Of a stretch of 64,000 nucleotides of DNA, positions 9,936 through 19,627 are shown piece after piece. The stretch's first letter is position 1. The number at the start of each line of letters is the position of its first letter. The stretch is taken from NCBI GenBank assembly GCA_963817525.1, contig CAWFOU010000001.1, forward strand, positions 768,001 to 832,000, in the 5' to 3' direction. The notes beneath the pieces are model-generated. The model searched no databases. It had not been told where the DNA came from and worked only from the letters and a program-made list of their open reading frames with translations. The DNA is from an uncultured archaeon (GTDB lineage: Archaea; Thermoproteota; Nitrososphaeria; Nitrososphaerales; Gagatemarchaeaceae). The position numbers were made by a program, and so were the translations under genes.

Positions 9936-10208
9936 TTAGTTTAAATCTCCTGGAGAAGGCCATCGCACCGATATAAAAACCGAATAGTTCGTAATTAGCA
10001 AGCTTACCCTGGCCTCGCGGGGCCTCACGACTCGACCTTCACCGTTTACCACGGAGGCGCCCATGGAACATTCGATCGCACTCGTCACCGGTCGGCGCAA
10101 AACGCCGGAAGGCCTACAAGATTGCCGAGTTCGTTGAGGGTGACTCACCGGTGCCGTCAACGCACTTAGCTCATCAGATCAAGTGTCGACGCATTTCGCG
10201 TACTGCTT

Positions 10209-10967
10209 TCAGAGTTGCGACGCACCGCCATCGACCGGAAGTTCGGCACCGGTGGTGAAGGTCGCGTCGAATGCGAGGAAGAGAACGGCCTTCGCAATTT
10301 CCTCCGGCATCCCAAAGCGCTTCATCGGATTAGTAGCGATCGCCTGCTCCCTGACATGGGCGGCCACGCCTTTCTCGGGAAACACTTTGCCGATGATCGG
10401 CGTGTCGATGGGACCGGGCGTTACCGCATTGACGCGAATCTCCCGAGGCAGAAGCTCAGCGGCGAGCACGCGAGCAAATGAGCGCAGCGCGGCCTTGGAC
10501 GCTGCGTAGGTCGCTTGGTTGGGACTTCCCTTGACGTTTGCGATGGAGGTCGTGAGGACGACGGCGCCCCCCCGGTTTATCAGCGGCGCGAACTTCTGCA
10601 CCGCGAAAAACGGTCCTTTGGCGTTCAGATCGAACATCTCGTCGTACATGGCCTCGGTCGTGTTTTCGAGAGGGGCAAAGAGGGCAAATCCGGCGTTGGC
10701 GAAGAGCAGGTCGAAGGTGCCGAACTCGGCCTTCACCCGAGAGGCGAGGGCGTCGATGTCCTTCAACGAGCGCGCGTCGCTGGGAACCACGATGGCGTCC
10801 TTTCCAATCTCTTTCTGCGCCGATTCCAGGCCGGCGTGTGACCGCCCCGTCACCAGAACACGCGCACCCCCATCGAGGAGCATCTTCGCCGTGGCGAGCC
10901 CGCTGCCGCTGGTGCCGCCAGTGATCACGACTTTCTTTCCTTGGTACCGTTCCATGTGAGTTGTCAT
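10209..10967 (-). CDS. short-chain dehydrogenase/reductase
   Basis: TGGTSGSG, NAG, YAASK, VDGG motifs. Confidence 0.9.
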   Translation of the reverse strand: MTTHMERYQGKKVVITGGTSGSGLATAKMLLDGGARVLVTGRSHAGLESAQKEIGKDAIVVPSDARSLKDIDALASRVKAEFGTFDLLFANAGFALFAPLENTTEAMYDEMFDLNAKGPFFAVQKFAPLINRGGAVVLTTSIANVKGSPNQATYAASKAALRSFARVLAAELLPREIRVNAVTPGPIDTPIIGKVFPEKGVAAHVREQAIATNPMKRFGMPEEIAKAVLFLAFDATFTTGAELPVDGGASQL

Positions 10968-11104
10968 TGCGAGGTTAGGGTTGCTTTGCCTAATAATTAA
11001 CTGTTTAGTATGATAATCTCACGCGGAGGCCGCTGTCAAGGAATGTTTGAACTAGTTATTTCCATTTTGGAACTAGTTATTTCAAAATACCTTAGGACCC
11101 CGAG

Positions 11105-11121
11105 ACCTGCCGGGCCCGCCA
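11105..11121 (+). repeat. 3' end of an Arg/Lys-type tRNA (copy 1)
   Basis: ACCTGCCGGGCCCGCCA, identical at 20915-20931; last 12 nt equal the tRNA-Arg 3' end including CCA. Confidence 0.75.
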
Positions 11122-11130
11122 TCGGCCGAA

Positions 11131-11185
11131 GACTGCAAAATTCCACCTAAAAGCCCCTAAACAGGTGCAGCCCCTGGACGGGCTA
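11131..11185 (+). repeat. junction J3, type A
   Basis: GACTGCAAAATTCCACCTAAAAGCCCCTAAACAGGTGCAGCC-CCTGGACGGGCTA. Confidence 0.95.
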
Positions 11186-11289
11186 ACTTATCTCCTCAAT
11201 TCCGCCTCTATTCGCGATTCTGAGCATAAATGAGGCCACGCTATCCCCAAGAGCGCATATTGTTGCCCTGAGATGAAATGCTGGACATA

Positions 11290-11317
11290 GGTTCTTTGCG
11301 CCTCCGCCGGGGCATTT
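11290..11317 (+). repeat. 28-bp direct repeat, left copy
   Basis: GGTTCTTTGCGCCTCCGCCGGGGCATTT; 27/28 identical to 12138-12165. Confidence 0.85.
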
Positions 11318-11356
11318 CGCTCGCACGCGAGCGCTCAGACACAATGGATTTCGTAA

Positions 11357-12031
11357 TTATCCGCAGGTGTTGTAGACAGTGTTGATTTCGCCGAAGATCC
11401 AAGTCTCGTTAGAGATGAGCCAAGCACCCCCGACATCGACATATGAGGCGCCCAACCTTACGCTTTCTGCCCAAGGTTGAGTAAGATTCGCACCGCTAGA
11501 AAAAGCCGTGATGGTAGGACCGGATTCGCTTCCCTGCGCGTTGAACGTAGAATTCACGGTAGTTTCCCCCTTGACATTTGCAAAGACTCCAGGGCTAAAG
11601 TCCGTGAAGTTCATGGTGCCGGAGCGTGTCGAGTTGAACATCACATGATACAAGATGTTGATGTTGTAGATACCTGCGTATGCCCCGCTAAAGCCGTTAG
11701 GACTGCATACGAGATTGAGCGTCGCGTTGCTTTCATATTGGGCAACCAGCGCAGTCACATTTTGTGACTGTTCGCTCTGGAGGTGAGCGGCAAAGGCGCT
11801 CATGACCTCCTGGCTGGAGTTAATCGTCAACGTGGTCGTGCTCACCATGATTGTAGTCTGCGTGTTTGTTTGGTCAACCGTCGTAGTAGTAGTTCTGATT
11901 GAACCTGGACTGACGAGAGAGTAGGCGATTCCCGCGCCGATCAGCAGTCCGACGAACAGCAGGGCGACGGCAGTACGACCGACAGCGCGATGAGCGGTCT
12001 TGCGGGCCATCCGAACGTCGGTCCTGAGCAT
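11357..12031 (-). CDS. membrane-anchored secreted protein, possible NTF2/SnoaL-like domain
   Basis: TM segment, Thr-rich linker, QNVTALVAQYESNA...WLISNETW pattern. Confidence 0.65.
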   Translation of the reverse strand: MLRTDVRMARKTAHRAVGRTAVALLFVGLLIGAGIAYSLVSPGSIRTTTTTVDQTNTQTTIMVSTTTLTINSSQEVMSAFAAHLQSEQSQNVTALVAQYESNATLNLVCSPNGFSGAYAGIYNINILYHVMFNSTRSGTMNFTDFSPGVFANVKGETTVNSTFNAQGSESGPTITAFSSGANLTQPWAESVRLGASYVDVGGAWLISNETWIFGEINTVYNTCG

Positions 12032-12137
12032 ATGCCCGGCCCCATTAATACGGTTCGACAGAATGTTCGAGAGGCCCTGCCCGAGCTCCGCTACGCTTTG
12101 TCTAAAATGAAGTTGCAGGGCAATCGCCCATCATAAG

Positions 12138-12165
12138 GGTTCATTGCGCCTCCGCCGGGGCATTT
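12138..12165 (+). repeat. 28-bp direct repeat, right copy
   Basis: GGTTCATTGCGCCTCCGCCGGGGCATTT. Confidence 0.85.
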
Positions 12166-12195
12166 ACCCGTTTTCGCCCTGAACCCGACTATGGC

Positions 12196-12250
12196 AGCGC
12201 CAAATTCCCGCGTAAAAGCCCCTAATCAGGTGCAGCCCCTGGACGGGCTA
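12196..12250 (+). repeat. junction J4, type A
   Basis: AGCGCCAAATTCCCGCGTAAAAGCCCCTAATCAGGTGCAGCC-CCTGGACGGGCTA. Confidence 0.95.
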
Positions 12251-12477
12251 CCTATTTTAGCCTCTGTTTGCCTTATACGCCATGATTTACACTAATCCCT
12301 CGTAGAAAGCTTCAATTCGACTATATCACGATTCGATTTTCGGGACGACGCGTACCCAGCGCCGTCTTACGTGAGAGCCTACTCTCAATATTCATAAGAT
12401 TTCATAGTGCCGTGATTCTTAAAAATTGTTTCGTGAGCAACATCTCTATCCTTCGCCTTCTCTCTCCTACGACCAGC

Positions 12478-14988
12478 TCATGGCGAGGCAACACTGGCCG
12501 ATGGGGCGGGAGGGCTCTGAGGAAGCTGGACCTTCTTCGTTCCAGTGACTCCGACATCGCGATTCAGCCTCCCGTAGAATGGGACCTTCAAGAAGTCCGT
12601 AACGAGGAAGGATACCAACGTGTAACCCCAGACGAACCCTGCCAGCTTCCATCCCATTGCGGGAAGCAGGATGCCGTAGACCGTGATTATCGTCGCCGTC
12701 AGCTGCGTGAGTACGACCGCGAGGAGCAACACCTTCGCAGGCCTTACCGACCAGAATCGCCCCTTCGTCCTTGCCACAAAGAGCTCGAGGTGCCCGGCCA
12801 CGGAGAGCTTCAAGTATATGAACGACTGGAGGACGAGCGGGTTCAGGTGCAGGACGTCCAGCCCGATGATGAGTATCCCGAAGGACGACGCCGTCCCGAT
12901 GCCTCCCAGGAACGACGAGATTGTCAGGAGCGTGCGCATGTTCCACTTCTCGGGCTTCTTCGAGATCTTGACGTTGTCATAGGCTATCGTCATGATTGGC
13001 ATGTCGTTGAGGAGGGCCAGAAGGACAATCATCAGCGCTGTGACAGGATACAGCTGAAAAACGATGATCGAGAACGAGATGAAGAAGAGGACCCTGAACG
13101 TCTCGCTGATGCGATAGATCGCGTAGTTGGTCATGCGCTGGAATATCTCCCGGCTCGAGGTGACGGCGTCGATGATCACGGAGAGGCCGGGCTTCGTCAG
13201 GACCACGGCCGCGGCTGACTTCGCCGCGTCGGTGGCTCCCGCCACCGCTATCCCACAGTCGGCCTTCTTCAGCGCCGGGGCGTCGTTGACCCCGTCGCCG
13301 GTCATGCTGACGATGTGGCCCTTCTTCTGGAGGAGCTCGACGATCTTGTACTTGTGCTCAGGGAACACCTCGGCGAAGCCGTCGACGCCTTCTATCGCCG
13401 CCTCCGCTTCGCTATCCGACTTGCCGAGGATTGACGACGAGGTGACTATGTTGGTGCCCAGCCCCACCTCTCGGGCCACCTCCTTCGCGATGGCCACGTG
13501 GTCGCCGGTTACCATCTTGACGGTAATGCCCATGGACTGCGCGGTCTTGATCGTCGCGGCGGAGTCCTCCCGCGGCGGGTCGGTGAGCGCGACGAGCCCT
13601 ACGAACTTCCACTCCTCCCCGCCGTCGGTCTTGGCCACGCCGAGGGCCCGGTACCCCTTCTCGGCGAAGCCGACGACGTCTTGATTCACGGGGCCCTCGA
13701 CGCCCTTGTCGTGCACCAGAGCCAGGACGACCTGAGGCGCCCCCTTGGTCACCTGGAACCCGGGGCCGTCCTTGCCTTGGGCGGTCGCCTCTGTCCGCTT
13801 CGAGACGGGGTCGAACGGCTTGAACGATGAGACTTTGTAGCTCGATATCGAGGCGGGAACCCCGTCTAGGATCTTGGCCTTCGCGATGATCGCGTCATCG
13901 ATAGGGTCTTTGTCCTCGGCCCGCGAGGCTAGAGACGCGTACAGCAGGACATCGTTCACGGTGTACTTTTCGAAGGTCTTCATCTCGCCCACGGTAAGCT
14001 CGTTCTTCGTTATCGTGCCCGTCTTGTCCGCGCACAGGATGTCCACGCCGGCCATCTCGTCTATGGCGACCAGCTTGCTGACTATGGCCTCCTTCTTCGC
14101 GAGAGCCGACGCACCTACAGTCATGCAGACCGAGAGCACGGCCGGCATCGCCGCCGGGATTGCTGCGACGATGAGGACCAGCCCGAACTGTAGGATGTCG
14201 AGCGGCGCTTGGTTGCGCAGGAGCCCGACTATCGACGTGGCCGTCACCATCGCTATGGCGAGCGCGATGAGATAGTCGCCGATCTTCACCACCGCCCCTT
14301 GGAAGTGGCTCTTGGTGTGCGCCTCCTCGACCAGCCTCGTAGTCCGCCCGTAGAAGGTCTTCATCCCAGTAGTGACGACGAGCGCGTTCATCTCGCCCTG
14401 CCGGACGATCGAGGAGGAGAACGCGACGTCGCCCGAATGCTTCTCCACTGGCAGGGACTCCCCTGTCAGCGCCGATTCGTCGATCTGGAGGTACGCGCCG
14501 TCGACGAGCTTCGTGTCCGCTGGGACGATGTTGCCGAGTCGCAGGCGGACGATGTCCCCCGGTACGAGTTCCTTTGCGGGCAGGTCGGCCCACTTCCCGT
14601 CCCGCAGCACTTTTGCGGTGAGTGCCAGTCTCTTCTTCAGAAGCTCTATCTCGTTGTTGGCCTTGTTCTCCTGCCAGGACCTCACGATGACGTTCACGAC
14701 CAAGAGGGCGCCGATGATGACGAGGTCGTCCCAGTTCTTCAACACCGCCGAGATGACCGCCGCCGCCTCTATCATCCACGGAATCGGTCCCCAAAAATAG
14801 CGGAGGATAGCGACGATTGGGGCGCGCTTCTTCTCGGTTATCTCGTTCGCTCCGTACTGCTGGAGTCTATTGGCTGCTGCTGAAGCGGAGAGCCCTTTTT
14901 CGCTCGTCGCAAGTCTCTTGAACAGTTCCGCGATCGGAAGATCCTTTTCCTCAGCGGGAGTTACGTCGGTCAAGTCAGCTGCCCGCAC
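12478..14988 (-). CDS. plasma-membrane proton-efflux P-type ATPase (P3A, Pma1-like)
   Basis: FWGPIPWMIEAAA, LTGES, DKTGT, KGAPQ, MTGDGVNDAPALKKAD, LALLND. Confidence 0.92.
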   Translation of the reverse strand: MRAADLTDVTPAEEKDLPIAELFKRLATSEKGLSASAAANRLQQYGANEITEKKRAPIVAILRYFWGPIPWMIEAAAVISAVLKNWDDLVIIGALLVVNVIVRSWQENKANNEIELLKKRLALTAKVLRDGKWADLPAKELVPGDIVRLRLGNIVPADTKLVDGAYLQIDESALTGESLPVEKHSGDVAFSSSIVRQGEMNALVVTTGMKTFYGRTTRLVEEAHTKSHFQGAVVKIGDYLIALAIAMVTATSIVGLLRNQAPLDILQFGLVLIVAAIPAAMPAVLSVCMTVGASALAKKEAIVSKLVAIDEMAGVDILCADKTGTITKNELTVGEMKTFEKYTVNDVLLYASLASRAEDKDPIDDAIIAKAKILDGVPASISSYKVSSFKPFDPVSKRTEATAQGKDGPGFQVTKGAPQVVLALVHDKGVEGPVNQDVVGFAEKGYRALGVAKTDGGEEWKFVGLVALTDPPREDSAATIKTAQSMGITVKMVTGDHVAIAKEVAREVGLGTNIVTSSSILGKSDSEAEAAIEGVDGFAEVFPEHKYKIVELLQKKGHIVSMTGDGVNDAPALKKADCGIAVAGATDAAKSAAAVVLTKPGLSVIIDAVTSSREIFQRMTNYAIYRISETFRVLFFISFSIIVFQLYPVTALMIVLLALLNDMPIMTIAYDNVKISKKPEKWNMRTLLTISSFLGGIGTASSFGILIIGLDVLHLNPLVLQSFIYLKLSVAGHLELFVARTKGRFWSVRPAKVLLLAVVLTQLTATIITVYGILLPAMGWKLAGFVWGYTLVSFLVTDFLKVPFYGRLNRDVGVTGTKKVQLPQSPPAPSASVASP

Positions 14989-15716
14989 TGCCCTGCCTAG
15001 CCTTCTTATTGGTGATGACCATTAAAAGGCGCCGATTGCCCGACACCGCGAAAAAAATACGCAATAAGAAAAAGCAGTGCGGGACGGGGTATTGCGATAT
15101 CTTCCGAACAAATTCTATTTGTCTTGTGGCGGGTCTACCTTGACAGGCTTGGGCTTTTGCTCAGGGCTCGCGTCCCGTCTGGCATTGGCCTGAGAGCGGT
15201 CCGCAGTCCCTGACACACCCGGACCGCCAATAAAGCCGCTCTCAAAGGCTTGTGTGGGTTCCTTAGGATCGGAGTTGTCGTCTCGGGTCGTCGGTGCGAC
15301 GGTCGGCTCACCGCCGCCGGATTGCGAGCCAGGTTCGGGCCTCAATCAGGATAGCCGATGTCTGCGACCTTGCCTACCTTGTCTGCTTCCTCGTTCCTGC
15401 TCCAATAAGTCTGCTGCTCCTTCGCGAGGTCCTCGGCGTCCTTCTGCCTCTGCGAGCGTTGTGCCATGGCGTCATCAGCCTGACCCCGGCATAGCTTGCT
15501 ATGTCTTGATTGCTGTGGGATGATGCTCTGAAAGCTCGCCACGGTGTTTTCGCGGCATTCCTACAGAAGAGACAACGTGTCAGAACCGGCCCTCGAGCAA
15601 ATATTGTCATAAGGGCTTTCCTAAGCTAGCGTCCCAAGGGACCTCCACGCAAACTTGCAATCGTTTCAACAAGCTGGGAGAGAATAGAACCACTCCGGGG
15701 TAAACCCGGCCGGGTG

Positions 15717-15771
15717 GATGTCAAAATCGGCTCTAGAAGCCCCTAAACAAGGTCAGCCCCCGGACGGGCTA
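15717..15771 (+). repeat. junction J5, type A
   Basis: GATGTCAAAATCGGCTCTAGAAGCCCCTAAACAAGGTCAGCC-CCCGGACGGGCTA. Confidence 0.9.
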
Positions 15772-15830
15772 TTTCCTGTGTAATGCTGGTATCTCTTTCG
15801 ATATTAGGAAGCATAATGCTCCCTTCGGTC

Positions 15831-16511
15831 ATGGGTCAGAAAGAGAGGAGAACACAGTCATCGCCCATCAAGGGAAAGCTCATCACCGAGACCTTCGACT
15901 TTGACGGTGGTCGGCAGGTAACCGTGTACCTGCCGCCGGTTCAGGCCGAGGCTGTCGTATTCGCGGGTGACGGCCAGTTGATCTCACAGTGGGGGCGGTG
16001 TCCTCGAGGGAGCCGACGTTGGGCCGACAATGATTGTCGGTGTCCACCGGAAGGACGACGAGATGCTGCGGCTCCACGAGTACTCGCCGGTCTTTGACGC
16101 AGAACGGTTCGCGGCACACGAGAAGTTCTTCATCGAAGACGTCCGCCATTGGGTGCGGACGCGTTTCGGAGTCGCGCTGCTCGCCGAACGCACGGCGGTG
16201 CTAGGCGTCTCCGCGAGTGGAGAGCTCGCCCTCGCCATGGGGATTCGACATCCCGATATCTACGGTTCGGTCTTCTGCGCTTCGCCGGGTGGAGGATACC
16301 GACCGCCTGCCGTGATGCCGAATTCACTCCCGCGCGCGTACCTTGTCGCCGGCAAGTTGGAGCCATTCTTCCTCGCGAACGCGACCCGTTGGGCGGTAGC
16401 GTTGCGCGGCGCGGGTGCGGACGTCGTCATGACTGAGCGCGTCGGTTCGCACGGCGGCGCGTTTTGGGGGATGAGTTCCCGCTGATGGTGGCCTGGGCGT
16501 TTGGACGCTGA
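15831..16511 (+). pseudogene. enterochelin-esterase-like alpha/beta hydrolase with two frameshifts
   Basis: RQVTVYLPP, GVSASG nucleophile elbow, GSHGG; shifts at G runs near 15990-15995 and 16466-16470. Confidence 0.7.
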
Positions 16512-16520
16512 TGGAGTCGT

Positions 16521-16561
16521 GGGACAAATCGAACCAAAAGCCCCGAATCCTAGACGGGCTA
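16521..16561 (+). repeat. junction J6, type C
   Basis: GGGACAAATCGAACCAAAAGCCC-CGAATCCTAGACGGGCTA; last 18 nt are 17/18 identical to tRNA-Gln. Confidence 0.85.
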
Positions 16562-16593
16562 CAGGTTTATGTACTAGCGGGAAAGTAAATGGG

Positions 16594-16845
16594 ATGGGAA
16601 TTCTGATGGGCGAGGCAGTCATAGACGAGCGAGGAAGGATAGTGATTCCGAACGAGATAAGGTCAGAACTCAAACTGAGACCCGAGCAGAAACTCAGGAT
16701 ATCCAGGAAAGGGAAGGATCTGCTGCTTTCGCCGGAGGTAAGTGCGGACGAGTTCATTTCAGAGCTGAGAGGCTGCGTGCACGGCTCGAAGATCAAGCCC
16801 GCCGACCTCAAGAACATCTGGGGTGTCGGCCATGCTCACCATTGA
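16594..16845 (+). CDS. vapB: AbrB/MazE-fold antitoxin
   Basis: IDERGRIVIPNEIRSELKLRP. Confidence 0.85.
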   Translation: MGILMGEAVIDERGRIVIPNEIRSELKLRPEQKLRISRKGKDLLLSPEVSADEFISELRGCVHGSKIKPADLKNIWGVGHAHH

Positions 16846-17245
16846 CACGAACATCTGGGCCTACTACTTGGACAGTGACTGTTCGGAGCATCGATCGGTC
16901 GTCGGACCGGTGGAGAAGGCCCTCAGGTCAGAGCAGATAGCGATAAACACAATAATCGTGATGGAATTGGCCCACTTTCTCGTCAAGAGCCTTGGAGCTC
17001 CGATAGGCGGAGAGAAGTTGGACGAGTTCCTTCGATTCCCGCTGGTCATCACGGACTTTGATTACCGGCACGCCCTCGGCGCAATAGAGATGCTGAAGAA
17101 GTACTCGCACTTGGGCATCGGGGGCAGGGACGCAACGCTCTTGGCCATGATGGACGGCGCCGGCGAAAAGAGGATAATGACTCACGACGAACCGCTGAAG
17201 AAGGTCGACTGGATCGAATCTATCGACCCAGTCAAACTGGCCTGA
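16832..17245 (+). CDS. vapC: PIN-domain (VapC) toxin
   Basis: IDTNIW...E...GGRDATL...THD. Confidence 0.85.
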   Translation: MLTIDTNIWAYYLDSDCSEHRSVVGPVEKALRSEQIAINTIIVMELAHFLVKSLGAPIGGEKLDEFLRFPLVITDFDYRHALGAIEMLKKYSHLGIGGRDATLLAMMDGAGEKRIMTHDEPLKKVDWIESIDPVKLA

Positions 17246-17248
17246 GAC

Positions 17249-17303
17249 GGCGCCAAATTCCCGCCTGAAAACCCCTAAACAGGTGCAGACCCTGGATGGG
17301 CTA
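17249..17303 (+). repeat. junction J7, type A
   Basis: GGCGCCAAATTCCCGCCTGAAAACCCCTAAACAGGTGCAGAC-CCTGGATGGGCTA, 4 bp after the PIN stop. Confidence 0.9.
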
Positions 17304-17415
17304 CCTATTTTAGCCTCTGTTTGCCTAATCCGCCATGATTTACACTAATCCTTCGTAAAAAGCTTCAATTCCAACTATATCACGATTCGGTTGTTGGGAC
17401 GACACGTACGCAGCG

Positions 17416-17443
17416 CATTCGGGGGCAGGCCCCGTCGGGCCCG
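17416..17443 (+). repeat. junction-like site ending in an Arg/Lys-type tRNA 3' end
   Basis: CATTCG-GGGGCAGGCCC-CGT-CGGGCCC-G, same register as the Gln sites, followed by the TCCTCAATT tail. Confidence 0.6.
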
Positions 17444-17532
17444 CTGTCATTCCTCAATTTTTACTCTATTTGCGTAGAACGGCCAGATTCTGCCCTGTCA
17501 AGAGCAAAACGTCCAATCATTGACCATATTTT

Positions 17533-18282
17533 TTACTTCCATCGCGTCAGTATCTCTTCCCTGCGGAAGGTAGCCCTCGCTGCGATAAACAGAATCAGGT
17601 CACCCGCGAGCAGTGCCCCCGCGATGAGAAGCAGGCTATTAGTGACGCCGAGGTTGACCAGGTTGATCTCGCCCCCGACGTATATCGCTATGAAGGGGGC
17701 TGCCGCCACTGCGCCGAGCTGCTGCGCGATCCGGACGTCGCTCACTCTCGACGAAACTATCACGTTCCACTCCACGCTCAGCACGACCGCGAGAGGGACC
17801 ATCAGGAACAAGACAATCCAAGAGTTCAAGGTTGGAAAGAAGTAGTAGCCCAGCTTGGGCTCGGTGACCAGATCCATCAGGGCCATGAAGATGACCGACC
17901 CGCTCAGGATCGCGGCCATCGGCGGCAGGAACGCCGAAATCCCTTTGCCGAGCAGGATCTCGCCGTCGGTCACTGGGGCCGCCAGGAGCCGATCGAGGCT
18001 CTTCTCCAGCTTCTCGCCCACTATGCTGTACGACGCAATGTAGGTTGGTATCACGCCAGAGAGCATCAAGAAGAAGAATTGGAACGCGGGCAGAAGTACG
18101 GTCAGTTCCTGCGGTGATGTTCGCTGGCTGGCCGCTCTGAAGTGTTCCAAGTAGTAGATTACTGCAGGGAATAGGATACCTACCATTACGGGTACGAAGA
18201 AAGTGAGGTAGAGTATGTTCTTCTTCCTCAAGAATACCTTGAAGTCCTTCGATGCTATGATCCACGACTTTGCGAGTCTCAT
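17533..18282 (-). CDS. ABC-2 type exporter permease
   Basis: SYSIVGEK...LLAAPVTDGEILLGK, about six TM segments. Confidence 0.85.
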   Translation of the reverse strand: MRLAKSWIIASKDFKVFLRKKNILYLTFFVPVMVGILFPAVIYYLEHFRAASQRTSPQELTVLLPAFQFFFLMLSGVIPTYIASYSIVGEKLEKSLDRLLAAPVTDGEILLGKGISAFLPPMAAILSGSVIFMALMDLVTEPKLGYYFFPTLNSWIVLFLMVPLAVVLSVEWNVIVSSRVSDVRIAQQLGAVAAAPFIAIYVGGEINLVNLGVTNSLLLIAGALLAGDLILFIAARATFRREEILTRWK

Positions 18283-19202
18283 GTGTCGCCGCGCCTCACA
18301 AGTTTCAGGTACGTGTCCTCCAAGCTCGATCCTACGGTCGTGACAGACCTGACTTGGCCTCCGGCACTATAGATAGCGTCAGAGATGACCACATTCTCGG
18401 TGTCCGGGTCTTTCACGTCGACGGTCAGCGTGTTGCCATCAACGGTCATGTTATTGAGAGGCAGCTTCCTCAGCGCAGCCAGGACCGCGTCGGTCATCTG
18501 CACGAGCTGAATCACCGTCTTCCTCCCGCTTACCGAACGCTCCAGCTCTTGCGGCGTTCCCATCGCCATCAGCTTCGTGTTCAGGATGGCAATCCTGTCG
18601 CAGATCCTCTGGGCCTCGTCAAGATTGTGCGTGTTTAGGAAGATGGTCCGCTTCTCCTTCTTAAGCTCCAGGATGAAGTCCCTCACGGTCTTTGCCGCCT
18701 CGGGGTCGAGGTTCGCTGTGGGCTCGTCCATGAAGAGCACCTGCGGCTCGTGGACGAGGGCGCACGCAATCCCGAGCTTCTGCTTCATCCCTTTCGAGTA
18801 CGTTCCAACAGTGACGTCCCTCTTCTCCCAGAGCCCTAGCATCGTGAGGAAGCGCTGTATGCTCTCCTTCCTCTGCGCCTCCGTGCGGTCGTAGAGCTTC
18901 CCGTAAAAATCCAAATTGTCGTAGGCGCTGAGGTCGTCATAGAGCCCTACGCTATCGGGCACCATTCCTATCACCTTCCTTAGCTTCAGCGCGTCGGCCT
19001 CTTTTCCCACCTCATACCCGGCGACGCTCGCCTCACCGCTTGTCTTCGAGATCAGGCAGCAGAGCATCCGCACCGTGGTAGTCTTCCCCGCCCCGTTGGG
19101 CCCGAGGAAGCCGAAGACCTCCCCATCGTCGACGCGGAGGGTCACGCCATCGACTGCGGTCAGGTCGCCGAACTTCTTGGTAAGGTTCTCGGTCTCAATC
19201 AA
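18279..19202 (-). CDS. ABC exporter ATP-binding protein
   Basis: GPNGAGKTT, YSKGMKQ, FMDEP. Confidence 0.92.
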   Translation of the reverse strand: MIETENLTKKFGDLTAVDGVTLRVDDGEVFGFLGPNGAGKTTTVRMLCCLISKTSGEASVAGYEVGKEADALKLRKVIGMVPDSVGLYDDLSAYDNLDFYGKLYDRTEAQRKESIQRFLTMLGLWEKRDVTVGTYSKGMKQKLGIACALVHEPQVLFMDEPTANLDPEAAKTVRDFILELKKEKRTIFLNTHNLDEAQRICDRIAILNTKLMAMGTPQELERSVSGRKTVIQLVQMTDAVLAALRKLPLNNMTVDGNTLTVDVKDPDTENVVISDAIYSAGGQVRSVTTVGSSLEDTYLKLVRRGDT

Positions 19203-19231
19203 ACTGCGTCACCGATGAGAAGTGCCCCGCT

Positions 19232-19528
19232 CTATTTGCCCGCGCTAGAACTCTGTACAGGCTTGCCATCCACGAGCACGCTGATTTTTCTCCCAAAGGC
19301 CCAGCGCGTCATTCCGAGGTCGACTTCGACTTTGTGGACCTCTGAACTCCCGACGTCGAAGGCGAACTTTTTCGCGCCAGGCGATAAGAGGGATTCGTCG
19401 ATGACCTTCTGGCCATCCAATTCGATACGGATTCTCTTCATGACCTGATTGGCATCGACCGTGAGAGCGTGCTTCTCCCTCTCGCCTACCTCGAAACTAG
19501 ACTTTCCCACGGGTTTCGAAATAGTCAA
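19232..19528 (-). CDS. hypothetical protein
   Basis: 98-aa beta-rich ORF upstream of the ABC genes. Confidence 0.55.
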   Translation of the reverse strand: MTISKPVGKSSFEVGEREKHALTVDANQVMKRIRIELDGQKVIDESLLSPGAKKFAFDVGSSEVHKVEVDLGMTRWAFGRKISVLVDGKPVQSSSAGK

Positions 19529-19627
19529 AGCGGATATAAAAAGTCCGAAAGGTACAAGTTTTGTACCTATAGCCGCATCTTATATTGTGGAAGCAGTAAG
19601 ACAAAGAATGAAGATGCCAGAGCCGAA

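Noticed and set aside
10000-10080. Possible hydrolase fragment (TVYHGGAHG)
   Set aside because: Match too short to support
15115-15610. Short minus-strand ORFs in the ATPase cassette
   Set aside because: No motifs, overlapping frames; cannot choose a gene
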